Shown one piece after another: positions 1 through 8,978 of a DNA stretch of 64,000 bases. Below the pieces are notes generated by a model. It saw only the letters and a program-made list of their open reading frames with translations. It was not told the DNA's origin and made no database searches. The position numbers and the translations under genes were made by a program. Positions within the stretch are counted from its first letter, which is position 1, and each line of letters starts with the position of its first letter. Source of the DNA: Dehalococcoidia bacterium UBA2991 (GTDB lineage: Bacteria > Chloroflexota > Dehalococcoidia > Tepidiformales > Tepidiformaceae); contig DEAD01000011.1 in NCBI GenBank assembly GCA_002346645.1, positions 90,760 through 154,759 on the forward strand, given 5' to 3'.

Positions 1-1693
1 TCATCGAGGCGACGTTCGTTTCAGCCAGGGTCGCAAAGAGGAACTCACTTCCCAGACGACGCGCGGGGTCGCCCGTGCAGGTTTCCTGCTGGCCCAGGAC
101 GCCAAAGCTCACCCCTGCTTCAATTAGCAGTCGTACCACCGACTTCGTGATTGGCATATTGCGCTCTACGAGTGCCCCAGAGCAGCCGACCCAATACAGG
201 TATTCCTGTGAGCCATCGAAGATTGGTACTTCTACGCCTTCATCGCGGAGCTGCTCGAGCCATGTTTCCCGCGTGAGCTGGGTTCCCCTCCAGGGGTGGC
301 CTCGCTGCTCGATGTTCTCGAGGGTTTCTTGCGCTGTGCCGGGGATACGTGCTTGTTCCATTACTAAGTAGCGACGCATGTCTACGATCGTCGGAACGTG
401 CTCGATCAATACAGGACACTCTTGCACGCAGGCCATGCAGGTGCGGCAGGCCCAAAGAGATTCATCCTTTACGTAGTCCCCGACCAACTCTCCGTTGACC
501 TCTTCCGAGGCATCCTTACCTGCGATTAGCAATGGCCCAGCGTGATTCATGTAAGACTTCAGATCTTGGATTATCGCCATAGGAGATAGCGGTTGCCCTG
601 CGGTGTATGCGGGGCACACCTCCGTGCAACGCCCGCAGCGCACGCACGTGTCGGCGTCGAAGAGCTGCTTCCACGAGAAGTCCTGGATCTTGCCAGCGCC
701 AAGGCTGGCCCCTTCTTCGATCAACTGCTCAAAATCGCCCATAGGTGCCAGGTACGAGGGCACTGCAGGGCGCTTCAAGAATGCATTAACTGGTGCGAAA
801 ACGATGTGCCGAAACTTTGTCAGCGCCATCAGCGTTAGTAGGCCGAAAGCCCCTATCACATGAATCCACCAGAACACCTGATGGGTGGTTAGGAGTGCCC
901 CATTACTTGCCCCGGCGACCATCTTTGCTATGACCCAACCGCCCGGAGACCAGTAGGACCAATTCTCGTGACCAAGTGGGATTTCGTGGGCCCCGATTCG
1001 TAACCCTTCCACCAGGAATCCTGTGAATAGAACGAATCCCAGTAGGCCTACTACGATCGCATCCTCGGATTGCCGACGGTCCCAGGTCAGCTTTGCCGGT
1101 GCTGGTCCAAAGCGTCGGAAAACCGCCATGCCTATTCCCACGAGACCGATCAGTCCAAATACATCTCCAACCAGGCTGTAGGCAAGATAGATGCCTCCCT
1201 CTAGGAAGGCATGCTCTCCCCCGACTTGGAAAATCAGGTCGAAGTAATCGTCAACTGCAAGAAGGATCGTAACTAGGGTCAGCACTGCAAAGCTCGAATA
1301 AATGCACCAGTGCATCACACCTGCATAGCGGTCGTTGGTAACGCGGCCTGTTCCAGCCCCCAGCGTGAGAGCGTTTGTAATACGTGCGCCGAGATCGGTG
1401 AAGACCCCATGTCTGCGCCCCAGTCGCCAGACCCTTAGGCGTTGAATGAACGCCCCCAAAATCACCGACACGGAGATACCAAATACGAAGTACATCACTG
1501 CGAAGCCCTGGATGTTGAAAAAGACTTCGCGGCTTGCCCGTTCCGTCTGGGCTGTCTCCAGCGACCCGATGGCTGCGATCACTGCTACAGGTACGGCAAT
1601 CCCAAGGATGCTCACATTGAAGCGTTTGCCCTTCGGCTGCTGCTCCGTATTGGCACTCGGTCTCTGGCCCTGCGTGGTCGAATTTACGCTCAT
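1..1693 (-). CDS. Membrane-anchored (Fe-S)-binding oxidoreductase, HdrD/GlpC-like (EtfD/Rv0338c-like architecture). The 3' end runs off the window.
   Basis: Not in the ORF track because no stop is reached before position 1. My own translation from the ATG at 1693-1691 gives MSVNSTTQGQRP... About 230 aa with several hydrophobic helices are followed by two 4Fe-4S motifs (CVRCGRCTEVCP, CRTCMACVQECP) and a CCG-like region (YWVGCSG...QETCTGDPARRLG). The ATG overlaps the TGA of the upstream acyl-CoA synthetase (ATGA). Confidence 0.8.
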   Translation of the reverse strand, partial: MSVNSTTQGQRPSANTEQQPKGKRFNVSILGIAVPVAVIAAIGSLETAQTERASREVFFNIQGFAVMYFVFGISVSVILGAFIQRLRVWRLGRRHGVFTDLGARITNALTLGAGTGRVTNDRYAGVMHWCIYSSFAVLTLVTILLAVDDYFDLIFQVGGEHAFLEGGIYLAYSLVGDVFGLIGLVGIGMAVFRRFGPAPAKLTWDRRQSEDAIVVGLLGFVLFTGFLVEGLRIGAHEIPLGHENWSYWSPGGWVIAKMVAGASNGALLTTHQVFWWIHVIGAFGLLTLMALTKFRHIVFAPVNAFLKRPAVPSYLAPMGDFEQLIEEGASLGAGKIQDFSWKQLFDADTCVRCGRCTEVCPAYTAGQPLSPMAIIQDLKSYMNHAGPLLIAGKDASEEVNGELVGDYVKDESLWACRTCMACVQECPVLIEHVPTIVDMRRYLVMEQARIPGTAQETLENIEQRGHPWRGTQLTRETWLEQLRDEGVEVPIFDGSQEYLYWVGCSGALVERNMPITKSVVRLLIEAGVSFGVLGQQETCTGDPARRLGSEFLFATLAETNVASM

Positions 1694-3264
1694 ATGTTGT
1701 CGTTCGTGGGTGCGCCGTAAAGCTTACGGAGGTCGTTCTTCAACACCTTGCCCATGGCGTTTCGTGGCAGTTCGTCAATCACTGCTATGTATTGGGGGGC
1801 CTTGAACGAGGCTATTCGGCTTTTGCAGTATGCGTTCACTTCCTCTTGTGTGAGGGTTGCTCCTGGCTTCGGTACGAGGATCGCCTTAACAACTTCCCCC
1901 CAATCAACATCGGAAACACCGATAACCGCTGCCTCATCGATTCCTTCGTGGTCCTCTAGGCAGTTCTCCACCTCACCGCATGAGATGTTCTCTCCTCCCC
2001 GAATAATGAGGTCTTTCTTCCGTCCGGTAATGAACAGATAGCCACCGTCGTCAACGCGTCCTACATCTCCGGTGTGCAGCCAGCCGTCGATGATTGCTGT
2101 GCTGGTGGCGTCCTCTTGTTCGTAGTAACCCTTCATTACGCGGTCCGAGCGGACACAGATTTCACCTTCCTGTCCTGTCTCCAAGAGGTTGTTACGCTCG
2201 TCCATGATGCCGATCTCGACGTCGTCCATAGGCTTGCCTACGGAGCGGAGCCGGGTCTCGCGAAGGTTTGTTTCGACGCTGAGATCGTGGTCATCTGGAC
2301 CCAGGTAGGTCAGTGTGGAGGTTGATTCAGTCTGTCCATAGGCGTTCATCAGCCCTACCCCTTGAGGAGGGAAGATATCGCAGGCCTTTCGCACTACCTC
2401 GTAGGGCATTGGGGCAGCTCCATAGGTGATTAACTGGAGCGTCTCAAGGCTCGTCTTTTCAAGATCTTCGTTCTCCATGATGCGTTTCAGCATCGTGGGC
2501 ACGACCATAGAATGTGTTGCTCCCTCATCACCTACAGCTGACAACCATCCTTCAGGTGTGAATTGGGGCAGTACTAGCATTGTTCGCCCACCCCAGATTG
2601 AAGAAAGCATGGCCGTTGCCCCTGCGATATGGAAGAAGGGCACTGAAATAAGAGTCTTGTCGTGTAAATCCGGATCTGCCGGATTCATGGTGTTAGTTAC
2701 ATAGGCAGTCATATCGAGGTACGTGATCATCACGCCCTTCGGAAGCGCGGTTGTGCCGCTTGTGAAAATCAGGACCGTGGGCTGCTCGTCGTCAACTTCA
2801 ACCCAGATGTCTGCTGGCTGGGCCCCTGCGACAAGGTCTGCAAATGCAATGAAGCCCTCGGCTGGGCCGTCATAGCTGACGAACGTTTTCGTATGCTCTA
2901 GCCCGGGCCGGATTCGGTTCACCAACTCTAGGTAGCGCTCTGAGGCAAATAAAACCTCAGCTTTGCTCACATTGAGCATGTGTGTCAGCTCTTCGTCCTT
3001 GGACCGGTAGTTCAGAGGAACTAGGGTCACCCCTAGCATCGCGCAGGCGTAGTACGTTAGGACGAACGCAGCACTGTTCTGTGCCATGACGGCTACTTTG
3101 TCGCCCTGCCCTACGCCCAGGTCTTGGATAGCGTTTGCCAGGCGAGTCACCTGTTCCTGCATTTCGGCGTAGGTAAGGCGGCGTCCGCCGCCGCCCACTT
3201 CTACTAAAGCCTCCCGCTCAGGAACAACGGCGGCTGAGATTTGAAGGAATTCGATTGTGTTCAT
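1690..3264 (-). CDS. AMP-dependent acyl-CoA synthetase/ligase (ANL family)
   Basis: 524-aa ORF. It has the AMP-binding signature FTSGTTALPKGV and the later GWLHTGDVG and GRKKDLIIRGGENI motifs typical of fatty-acid/acyl-CoA ligases. Confidence 0.92.
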   Translation of the reverse strand: MNTIEFLQISAAVVPEREALVEVGGGGRRLTYAEMQEQVTRLANAIQDLGVGQGDKVAVMAQNSAAFVLTYYACAMLGVTLVPLNYRSKDEELTHMLNVSKAEVLFASERYLELVNRIRPGLEHTKTFVSYDGPAEGFIAFADLVAGAQPADIWVEVDDEQPTVLIFTSGTTALPKGVMITYLDMTAYVTNTMNPADPDLHDKTLISVPFFHIAGATAMLSSIWGGRTMLVLPQFTPEGWLSAVGDEGATHSMVVPTMLKRIMENEDLEKTSLETLQLITYGAAPMPYEVVRKACDIFPPQGVGLMNAYGQTESTSTLTYLGPDDHDLSVETNLRETRLRSVGKPMDDVEIGIMDERNNLLETGQEGEICVRSDRVMKGYYEQEDATSTAIIDGWLHTGDVGRVDDGGYLFITGRKKDLIIRGGENISCGEVENCLEDHEGIDEAAVIGVSDVDWGEVVKAILVPKPGATLTQEEVNAYCKSRIASFKAPQYIAVIDELPRNAMGKVLKNDLRKLYGAPTNDNI

Positions 3265-3418
3265 GCTCCCTCCGAGGAGCGGGTTTGCGCTTAGGTGCGG
3301 CGAAACGAGATTCTACCGGCGCCCCCTTTGGCGCGCTAATCGTAGGGCACTGTGATGTCAAAGCAGAGGGGCAGACAGGAAGGGGTTATAGCAAAGGCGG
3401 TAAGGCCAATCGCCGTTT

Positions 3419-4054
3419 CTATTGAAGATTGAGTTTCTTTAAATCGGGGTCTCCTTCTAGTACCCGCCCTAACTCCTCCTCGATGGCCTTGTCGAGATCT
3501 TTTTCTGAGACAACGCGGTTGATTAATCCCCAGCGAAGCGCTTCCTCTGTTCCAACTGGTTCACCCGTCAATATTAGGTCTGAGGCTGCACCGGGGGGAA
3601 TTGTGCGGGGAAGGGTTTGCGTGCCTCCTGCGCTTGGAATATAGCCTAGTGCTACCTCCGGAAGCGCGAACTGAGTGCCACTGGCCGCTATTCGCACATC
3701 ACAACAGAGCGGTAACTCCAACCCGGCCCCGAAGCAGAAGCCATGCATTCGAGCTACAAGAGGCATTGGGAGCGAAAGCATGAGTCCCCAAACATCGCGT
3801 TCGTGGCGTGCCTGTCGTGATTCCCACAGGCTTGGGGCTGTTCCAAATTCAGAGATATCAGCCCCGGCGCTGAAGGCACGGCCCTCACCCCTGAAGCAAA
3901 CTGCACGCACGTCTGGGTGGTCGCGACAAGCTTGCAGGTATTCCCACAGCAGGTCGCGCATCATCATGTTGATTGCGTTCAGCCTCTCTGGTCGGTTGAG
4001 GGTGATCGTTGCAATTCCTCGATCATCGATTGCAAACAGGACGGGATCGGCCAT
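3419..4054 (-). CDS. Enoyl-CoA hydratase/isomerase (crotonase) family protein, short form
   Basis: 211-aa ORF with ITLNRPERLNAIN and FRGEGRAFSAGADISEF (oxyanion-hole region). It is shorter than the usual ~260 aa. Confidence 0.85.
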   Translation of the reverse strand: MADPVLFAIDDRGIATITLNRPERLNAINMMMRDLLWEYLQACRDHPDVRAVCFRGEGRAFSAGADISEFGTAPSLWESRQARHERDVWGLMLSLPMPLVARMHGFCFGAGLELPLCCDVRIAASGTQFALPEVALGYIPSAGGTQTLPRTIPPGAASDLILTGEPVGTEEALRWGLINRVVSEKDLDKAIEEELGRVLEGDPDLKKLNLQ

Positions 4055-4246
4055 CTGGCCAGTTTACGGTGCCTATAGCAAAAAGCGGGGATTTTAGGAG
4101 AGGGTCGCTCTTAGGGATGAGTCGTCTATGTCTCGGGAAGGAATACCCTGAAAAACGAATCAGAGTGACTCAGCTTGCAGCTGGACCCTGCCTGGCCACC
4201 TTCCCGAGGATCAGGGCCGAAAATATGGCTACACCTTTCAAACAGT

Positions 4247-4282
4247 GACAAAAGACCGCTCCCTCGGAGGCGGTCTTTTGTC
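4247..4282. terminator. Bidirectional Rho-independent terminator
   Basis: Perfect 13-bp stem GACAAAAGACCGC (4247-4259) / GCGGTCTTTTGTC (4270-4282) with a 10-nt loop. The GC core is flanked by an A-run and a T-run, so it reads as a terminator on both strands. It lies 64 nt downstream of the stop of the 4346..4591(-) gene. Confidence 0.75.
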
Positions 4283-4345
4283 AGGATTAATACAAGCCGT
4301 TGGGTGAGGCCGGAACAGGAAAATGCAACGGCCTGATGTGGTGAT

Positions 4346-4591
4346 CTAACTTCGCCAGTCGGGCCTCTGTATGGCGCTCTTCTCCCGCCTCGAAAGGTTC
4401 TTCTCCAGATCCTCGTTCGCCTTGCGCACAAGATCATCGAGCTCGTCGCTCCCAAGCTTCATCTCCGAGGATCGCCAACGCTTCAACATGGCTCTGTCCT
4501 TGGCACTAAGCTCGGCTTCTTCTGCCATGCGATTTACTAGTTCGACTAGCATCTCGTTGATTTCGTCATCGCCGTATGTAACCTGGACCAT
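4346..4591 (-). CDS. Small hypothetical protein (81 aa), 'RWRS' paralog 2
   Basis: The ATG lies 2 nt after the stop of the upstream gene, with a GGAGA SD overlapping that stop. Clear paralogy to the neighbour (shared A-x-L-[KR]-RWRS ... GS-x-EL-x-x-L core). Followed by the 4247-4282 terminator. No family recognised. Confidence 0.6.
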   Translation of the reverse strand: MVQVTYGDDEINEMLVELVNRMAEEAELSAKDRAMLKRWRSSEMKLGSDELDDLVRKANEDLEKNLSRREKSAIQRPDWRS

Positions 4592-4593
4592 TG

Positions 4594-4845
4594 TTATCTC
4601 CGTACCGTTTCGTAGCGGCCCTTGCTCTTGACGCGGCGCATGAGCTTGGCGTCGATCGCACTGTTCAATCGATCATTGAGTTCTTCCGTTAGGTTTTCCA
4701 GTTCAGGAGAACCCTCTTGGTGGTCCGACCTCCAACGGCGGAGTGCCTCTTTCCCTTCGAAGGATATGTCGGCATTGTCTATTGCAATCGCGCTGACAAG
4801 CATCATCAGCGACCATGCCTCTTGTTCTTCAAGTAAGACGATCAT
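4594..4845 (-). CDS. Small hypothetical protein (83 aa), 'RWRS' paralog 1
   Basis: The ATG lies 3 nt after the TAA of the crotonase-like gene. EALRRWRSDHQEGSPELENL aligns with AMLKRWRSSEMKLGSDELDDL of the next gene. No family recognised. Confidence 0.6.
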   Translation of the reverse strand: MIVLLEEQEAWSLMMLVSAIAIDNADISFEGKEALRRWRSDHQEGSPELENLTEELNDRLNSAIDAKLMRRVKSKGRYETVRR

Positions 4846-4848
4846 GAG

Positions 4849-5496
4849 TTATTCCCCAATAAACTTTGGCGGGCGCTTCTCAAGGAATGCTCGCACGCCT
4901 TCCTGCCGATCTTTGGTCGCTTGTAGGAGCAAGGTCAAATCGGTTTCGAATCGCAGTGCCTGTTCTAGTGGCTGATTTAGCCCTCTCCAAAGTGCTTCTT
5001 TTGCTAGCCGAGTTGCGATTGGGCCCCTGGTTGCTATCACCTCAGCGACCTCTTTTGCCAGCTCCCTTGCGCTACCTTTAGGGCCCACCCGTGAGACTAA
5101 TCCGTCCTCTAAAGCTTGTGCTCCTGTCAGTTTTGCAGGGATTGATTCCACGGTTTCCAGCTGAAGTAGAGTGCACGCTCGTGCTGCTGTGAGTTTGTCC
5201 ATGGTCCCGCCATTCAGTTGGATAGCGGCCCCCTCATCGCAAATCCGTATGTCACAGCCCAATGCGAGTGCTGCTTCTTCGCCTATCAATTGTTTGTCGA
5301 AAGCAAATATCACTGGCAGTGGGTAATCTTGCCATAACCAGCGAACCAACTCTCCAGGCCATGCCCCGAAGTCCTGGGTGGCACCTGCTTCGATAACTAC
5401 AACCCGTGCTTTCCCGTCTGTGAAACCTTCTAGCTCTTGTACAACGTCTTCTGCATGAACGCCCGGTGCCAGTTTCAGCTGCTTGACGGTGCTCAT
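4849..5496 (-). CDS. Crotonase-fold protein with a degenerate active-site region
   Basis: 215 aa. The C-terminus QEGVRAFLEKRPPKF is the canonical crotonase ending. The usual GxGxxFxAGxD oxyanion segment is replaced by IEAGATQDFGAWPGE. Confidence 0.7.
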   Translation of the reverse strand: MSTVKQLKLAPGVHAEDVVQELEGFTDGKARVVVIEAGATQDFGAWPGELVRWLWQDYPLPVIFAFDKQLIGEEAALALGCDIRICDEGAAIQLNGGTMDKLTAARACTLLQLETVESIPAKLTGAQALEDGLVSRVGPKGSARELAKEVAEVIATRGPIATRLAKEALWRGLNQPLEQALRFETDLTLLLQATKDRQEGVRAFLEKRPPKFIGE

Positions 5497-5617
5497 GGCG
5501 CAAGCCTACTGGTTGGCGGATTCCCCGTCTGGCTCTTTGTCGCGTACCTGTCCATTTCCCAAAACTATTTAGTGGTCCGCTTGCTCTACTCTGGTGGGCC
5601 CTCCATGATCTCCCACG

Positions 5618-6115
5618 ATGGCTGACTTTACTGCTGCTAGGCCCGTTGAGGCCGAGAAGAGCGTTGTTGTTCATGATCGCCAAGCTCGGCCTGAGGGTCC
5701 CTCTGATCGCCAAGACCTCGGCCATATGCTTCTACTTGTAGTAATTGGGGTGATCTTTAGCGCTGCCCTAATAGCCCTTGCTTTTCAGGCCCGCGCAAGT
5801 TGGACCGAGGTGCGTGATTGGGTTGTTCCCTTGACTATCCCTGCCTACGCCATTGGAGGGATTTCTTTAGCTTATCTTGTCTCTCGCCGTGCCTGGATGG
5901 AGGTTTCAACCGGCCTGACGCTCCTTTTCTTTACTGTGGCGCTAACGGGATTCAACCTCTGGCGCGCCGCTCTTACCACCGGCCCCGATGGTCTTCGTGA
6001 CAACCTTTCGATAACTACGGGTGTTTTTCTTGGGCTCAGTATTGCTGCACTCGCTGCTGGGATGGTCTGGGTAGAGGCCCGTCGTCCCACGCGCCCCCCT
6101 GTTCCTGAACTTTAG
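5618..6115 (+). CDS. Hypothetical integral membrane protein
   Basis: 165-aa ORF with four hydrophobic helices (LLLVVIGVIFSAALIALAF, LTIPAYAIGGISLAYLV, GLTLLFFTVALTGF, VFLGLSIAALAAGMVWV). The start is uncertain because an internal ATG at MLLLVV is possible. Confidence 0.5.
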   Translation: MADFTAARPVEAEKSVVVHDRQARPEGPSDRQDLGHMLLLVVIGVIFSAALIALAFQARASWTEVRDWVVPLTIPAYAIGGISLAYLVSRRAWMEVSTGLTLLFFTVALTGFNLWRAALTTGPDGLRDNLSITTGVFLGLSIAALAAGMVWVEARRPTRPPVPEL

Positions 6116-6189
6116 CTTAGCTCTGTAGGACTGCTTGCTTCCGCAGGTCGGTCGTCTCCCAATAGGTTCTCCTGCTGTTCTTGAGGCGA

Positions 6190-6894
6190 CTAGAGATCAG
6201 CTATGCCATTAGACGAGGCAGTTGTGGTTCCGCCTGTCGTCTCGCATTCAAGTAACCGACCGAATTGTCTTACGAATGCTTCTGCTACCTCTGCCACCGA
6301 GATCGCCCTTCCAGCCTCTGCGGACAGGCTCGTCATTTCGGTGTTTTCAAGGCCGCATGGGTTCATCAACGCAATATGCCCCATGTTTGGTGCCACATTG
6401 AGAGCCGCTCCGTGCATCGACACGAATCTACGCACATGCAGTCCCACAGACCCCACCTTTTTCTCCCCCACCCAGGCGCCTCGTGCACATTCGTGTCGGT
6501 GACCCTCCACCCCCCACTCCTCTAAAACCCCGAACATGGTGTTCTCAAGAGCTTCAACATAGTCAACTACCCCAATCCCCCACTGCCGCAAGTCGATGAT
6601 CCCATATGCGACCAGCTGTCCTGGACCGTGATAGGTGATGTCACCACCCCGCTCTGTTTGGGCTACCTCTATGCCGGCTGCCTTCACAATCTCGTCGGTC
6701 GTACGTAGGTTGGGTTTGGGATGCTTTCTTCCCAGTGTGAAGACAGGTTGATGCTCTGTTAACAGCAGCGTGTCTTCGCCCTCTCCACGCATCCTCTCTG
6801 CCTGCAGCTGTTGCTGCAGGTGGTGGGCCTTTTTGTAGTCTGTCAGCCCCAGATCGCGAACTTTGATCGTGCGCTTTCCCAGAGAATCGCTCAT
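6190..6894 (-). CDS. lipB: Octanoyltransferase (lipoyl(octanoyl) transferase)
   Basis: 234 aa. LLLTEHQPVFTLGR, RGGDITYHGPGQLVAY and KKVGSVGLHV match LipB signatures. Confidence 0.9.
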   Translation of the reverse strand: MSDSLGKRTIKVRDLGLTDYKKAHHLQQQLQAERMRGEGEDTLLLTEHQPVFTLGRKHPKPNLRTTDEIVKAAGIEVAQTERGGDITYHGPGQLVAYGIIDLRQWGIGVVDYVEALENTMFGVLEEWGVEGHRHECARGAWVGEKKVGSVGLHVRRFVSMHGAALNVAPNMGHIALMNPCGLENTEMTSLSAEAGRAISVAEVAEAFVRQFGRLLECETTGGTTTASSNGIADL

Positions 6895-6928
6895 GTGTCT
6901 AGCGTAGCGAGGGTGGTTCCCTTCGCGA

Positions 6929-7759
6929 TTAGGAGCCGCCTGCTATCTCTGCTCCAATCCCCTCGATCGCATCCCAATCCTCTTCACGAAGGGGCTGTAG
7001 CTCCCCTTTCCGATACTGATCGTACAGCCGAAAGAGTGCGTCCTTGTGAGGTCGAACCCTTCCGATAGGGCAATCCTCCCAGTCTTCCACTGACTCATCG
7101 CAATATCCTGTGCGCAATTCGCCGCATTTTGGCTGTAAGTAGCTCCCCAACTCTGGGACGGCCTTTGCTACCTCTGCTCGCAGCAGTGCGGCTACGCGGC
7201 GAAACTCCCACTGCGCCCGAGTGCACAGTCGCAGATCACAGATATGCAGCAAGCTTTGGAAGTTGACGGTGATCTTAAAGTTCGTTGTAGTCGCGTTGGG
7301 TAGCAGGAAGCGGGCGTCCTCTGCTGGTACCCCCGCGTCTACCAGTTCTTCGTATAACGCCCCTGCCTTTCCGAAAAGATCCTCCATTTTCTCCGCCATC
7401 CCTGCCTTCTCAACGCTTTTCGGGATGCTGTAGGGGAATTCACCTTTTTTGTATGTCACATATCGTTGGCTCTGCTGTTCGAATGAGATTCCCACGCGGT
7501 GCCGCACGAACTGGTGACTAAATGCGCGCGAAACTCCTGCGATGGCGAATTCAAACCAGACCTGTTCCAATGGGCTCGCGTGCCCTGTCTTGAGCCTTTC
7601 CACGATGAAGGATTGCATCTTCTCTCGGGGGATGCGTTCATCCTCGATACGTGTTGCTACTTGCTGGGGGGTTAGTTGGCTGTAGCACGTGCGGTACGCC
7701 ATGTAGAGCGACCGCATCGGATCCTCCGAGTGCCCGAGCAAAGTTACTTCGATAGCCAT
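6929..7759 (-). CDS. thyX: FAD-dependent thymidylate synthase
   Basis: ThyX motif RHRVGISFEQQSQRY (RHRxxSxxxxSxR). The track ORF extends to 7825. I prefer the ATG at 7759-7757 (MAIEVTLLGH...), which has a GGAGAG SD about 7 nt upstream. Confidence 0.9.
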   Translation of the reverse strand: MAIEVTLLGHSEDPMRSLYMAYRTCYSQLTPQQVATRIEDERIPREKMQSFIVERLKTGHASPLEQVWFEFAIAGVSRAFSHQFVRHRVGISFEQQSQRYVTYKKGEFPYSIPKSVEKAGMAEKMEDLFGKAGALYEELVDAGVPAEDARFLLPNATTTNFKITVNFQSLLHICDLRLCTRAQWEFRRVAALLRAEVAKAVPELGSYLQPKCGELRTGYCDESVEDWEDCPIGRVRPHKDALFRLYDQYRKGELQPLREEDWDAIEGIGAEIAGGS

Positions 7760-7897
7760 CGCAAACTCTCCGGCGGGACGGAAGTAGATTCCCGTTACCG
7801 AACCATGTTTGGGGCATTCTCGCACAAATGATTAGGTGTCTTCGCGAGTTGACACTGATCTGGAAGATTCCCTTGGAATTATGGAGACCCCCGCCCC

Positions 7898-8551
7898 TCA
7901 GTCGCTATGAAATAGTCTGCGTTCCTCGATGCCGATTTTGATTAGATATCTACCGGTTTCGCAGGCCCGTCCCTTTTGGTGTGAGATCAGTTCACGCACA
8001 TCTGCAGGGGTATCAAGATCGAGAGCTAAAGCAGGTTCCTTCGCCTGGAGAACTTCCAGTCCTGCTTTCTGTGCCGCTGCCCTGTGCAAGTCGCCGCTAC
8101 CCCCGCCAAAAGCTAACGAAAATAGTCCTGGTGGACGGAGAAGCATTGCATTGGTTCCCCCATCTTCGGGGATAACGAGTGTGGCTGAAGGGGAGGGGGG
8201 TGCTTGGATAATTAGATTGTGTAGGGCTTCCGGGGTTGCCAGTGGAAGATCAGCGTGAAGGATTAATAGTTCTTTGACAGAGAGCGCATCAGAGGCATAC
8301 TCGAGTTGTTCGTTAAGCCCATGCCGATTTGGATCCTCGGTGAGGATTGTTACCCCGTTCGGAACCATCGCGAAGACGTCCTCGTCCGAAGTCAAAACCA
8401 CTGCTTTCATGTTTGCGCCCTCGACGGCTGCCAATATCGTCCTCATGAAACGCCGAACCAGCTCTGCCCGCTCTGTCGGCTCCAAAAGTGCTGCTAGGCG
8501 ACCTTTTGCACGGTCTAGTCTGTTTACCGGTATCAGTACCGTTGGGGGCAT
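7898..8551 (-). CDS. cofC: 2-phospho-L-lactate (or phosphoenolpyruvate) guanylyltransferase, F420 biosynthesis
   Basis: 217 aa. The N-terminus VLIPVNRLDRAKGRLAALL...ERAELVRRFMRTIL is the CofC/FbiD-type pattern (IPVK..AKSRL), and the size fits. Confidence 0.7.
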   Translation of the reverse strand: MPPTVLIPVNRLDRAKGRLAALLEPTERAELVRRFMRTILAAVEGANMKAVVLTSDEDVFAMVPNGVTILTEDPNRHGLNEQLEYASDALSVKELLILHADLPLATPEALHNLIIQAPPSPSATLVIPEDGGTNAMLLRPPGLFSLAFGGGSGDLHRAAAQKAGLEVLQAKEPALALDLDTPADVRELISHQKGRACETGRYLIKIGIEERRLFHSD

Positions 8552-8578
8552 GCTGGCGATCGTACCGCGAATTGAGAG

Positions 8579-8962
8579 TTACCCCGCCCTGAGCACGAGG
8601 CGTAACGCGGCTCCTCCTTCCCCCAATTTAGTTTCCTGCTCTATCTGCAATAAAGTTCCTTCTACAGCTGCTCGTAGTTCCCTTGGGGATGGGCTTTGAT
8701 CCTCGTCATCACTGATTAGCCACCCCTTGGAGCCGCTAACCACTGACAGCATCCAACTGAGCTTGCTAATCCCCTCGGTGGTCAACTCTCCCTGTTGTGG
8801 CCACCACACGATTTGCATCGCTGGTTCTGCCACTTGTAACGAACTCACCACCATTGGACGAGGTTCGATGCCACTAGCTTCTGCAAGCACGTAGTCCGGG
8901 GGGTCAATGAGCATCGTGCGCATCCCGCTAAGTTCCAGGCCTAGGCCTGTGAGAGTGCTCAT
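8579..8962 (-). CDS. Hypothetical protein, DUF3052-like
   Basis: The pattern MQIVWWPQQGEL...GWLISDDEDQSPSPRELRAAVEG...AALRLV resembles actinobacterial DUF3052 proteins, recalled from memory. The track start at 9025 overlaps secA by 47 nt, so I prefer the internal ATG at 8962-8960 (MSTLTGLG...). The start remains uncertain. Confidence 0.5.
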   Translation of the reverse strand: MSTLTGLGLELSGMRTMLIDPPDYVLAEASGIEPRPMVVSSLQVAEPAMQIVWWPQQGELTTEGISKLSWMLSVVSGSKGWLISDDEDQSPSPRELRAAVEGTLLQIEQETKLGEGGAALRLVLRAG

Positions 8963-8978
8963 ATGAATTCTGGTCCGA

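Noticed and set aside
4055-4246. Possible small RNA (SRP-like GGGAAGG/CCAGG segments) in the 290-bp gap before the terminator, plus a 7-codon mini-ORF (ATGGCTACACCTTTCAAACAGTGA) abutting the hairpin
   Set aside because: I could not fold a canonical SRP helix 8 (GNRA tetraloop with symmetric and asymmetric loops) or any other known RNA. The region is adequately explained as the promoter of the 3419..4054 gene plus a terminator. An Rfam scan would settle it.
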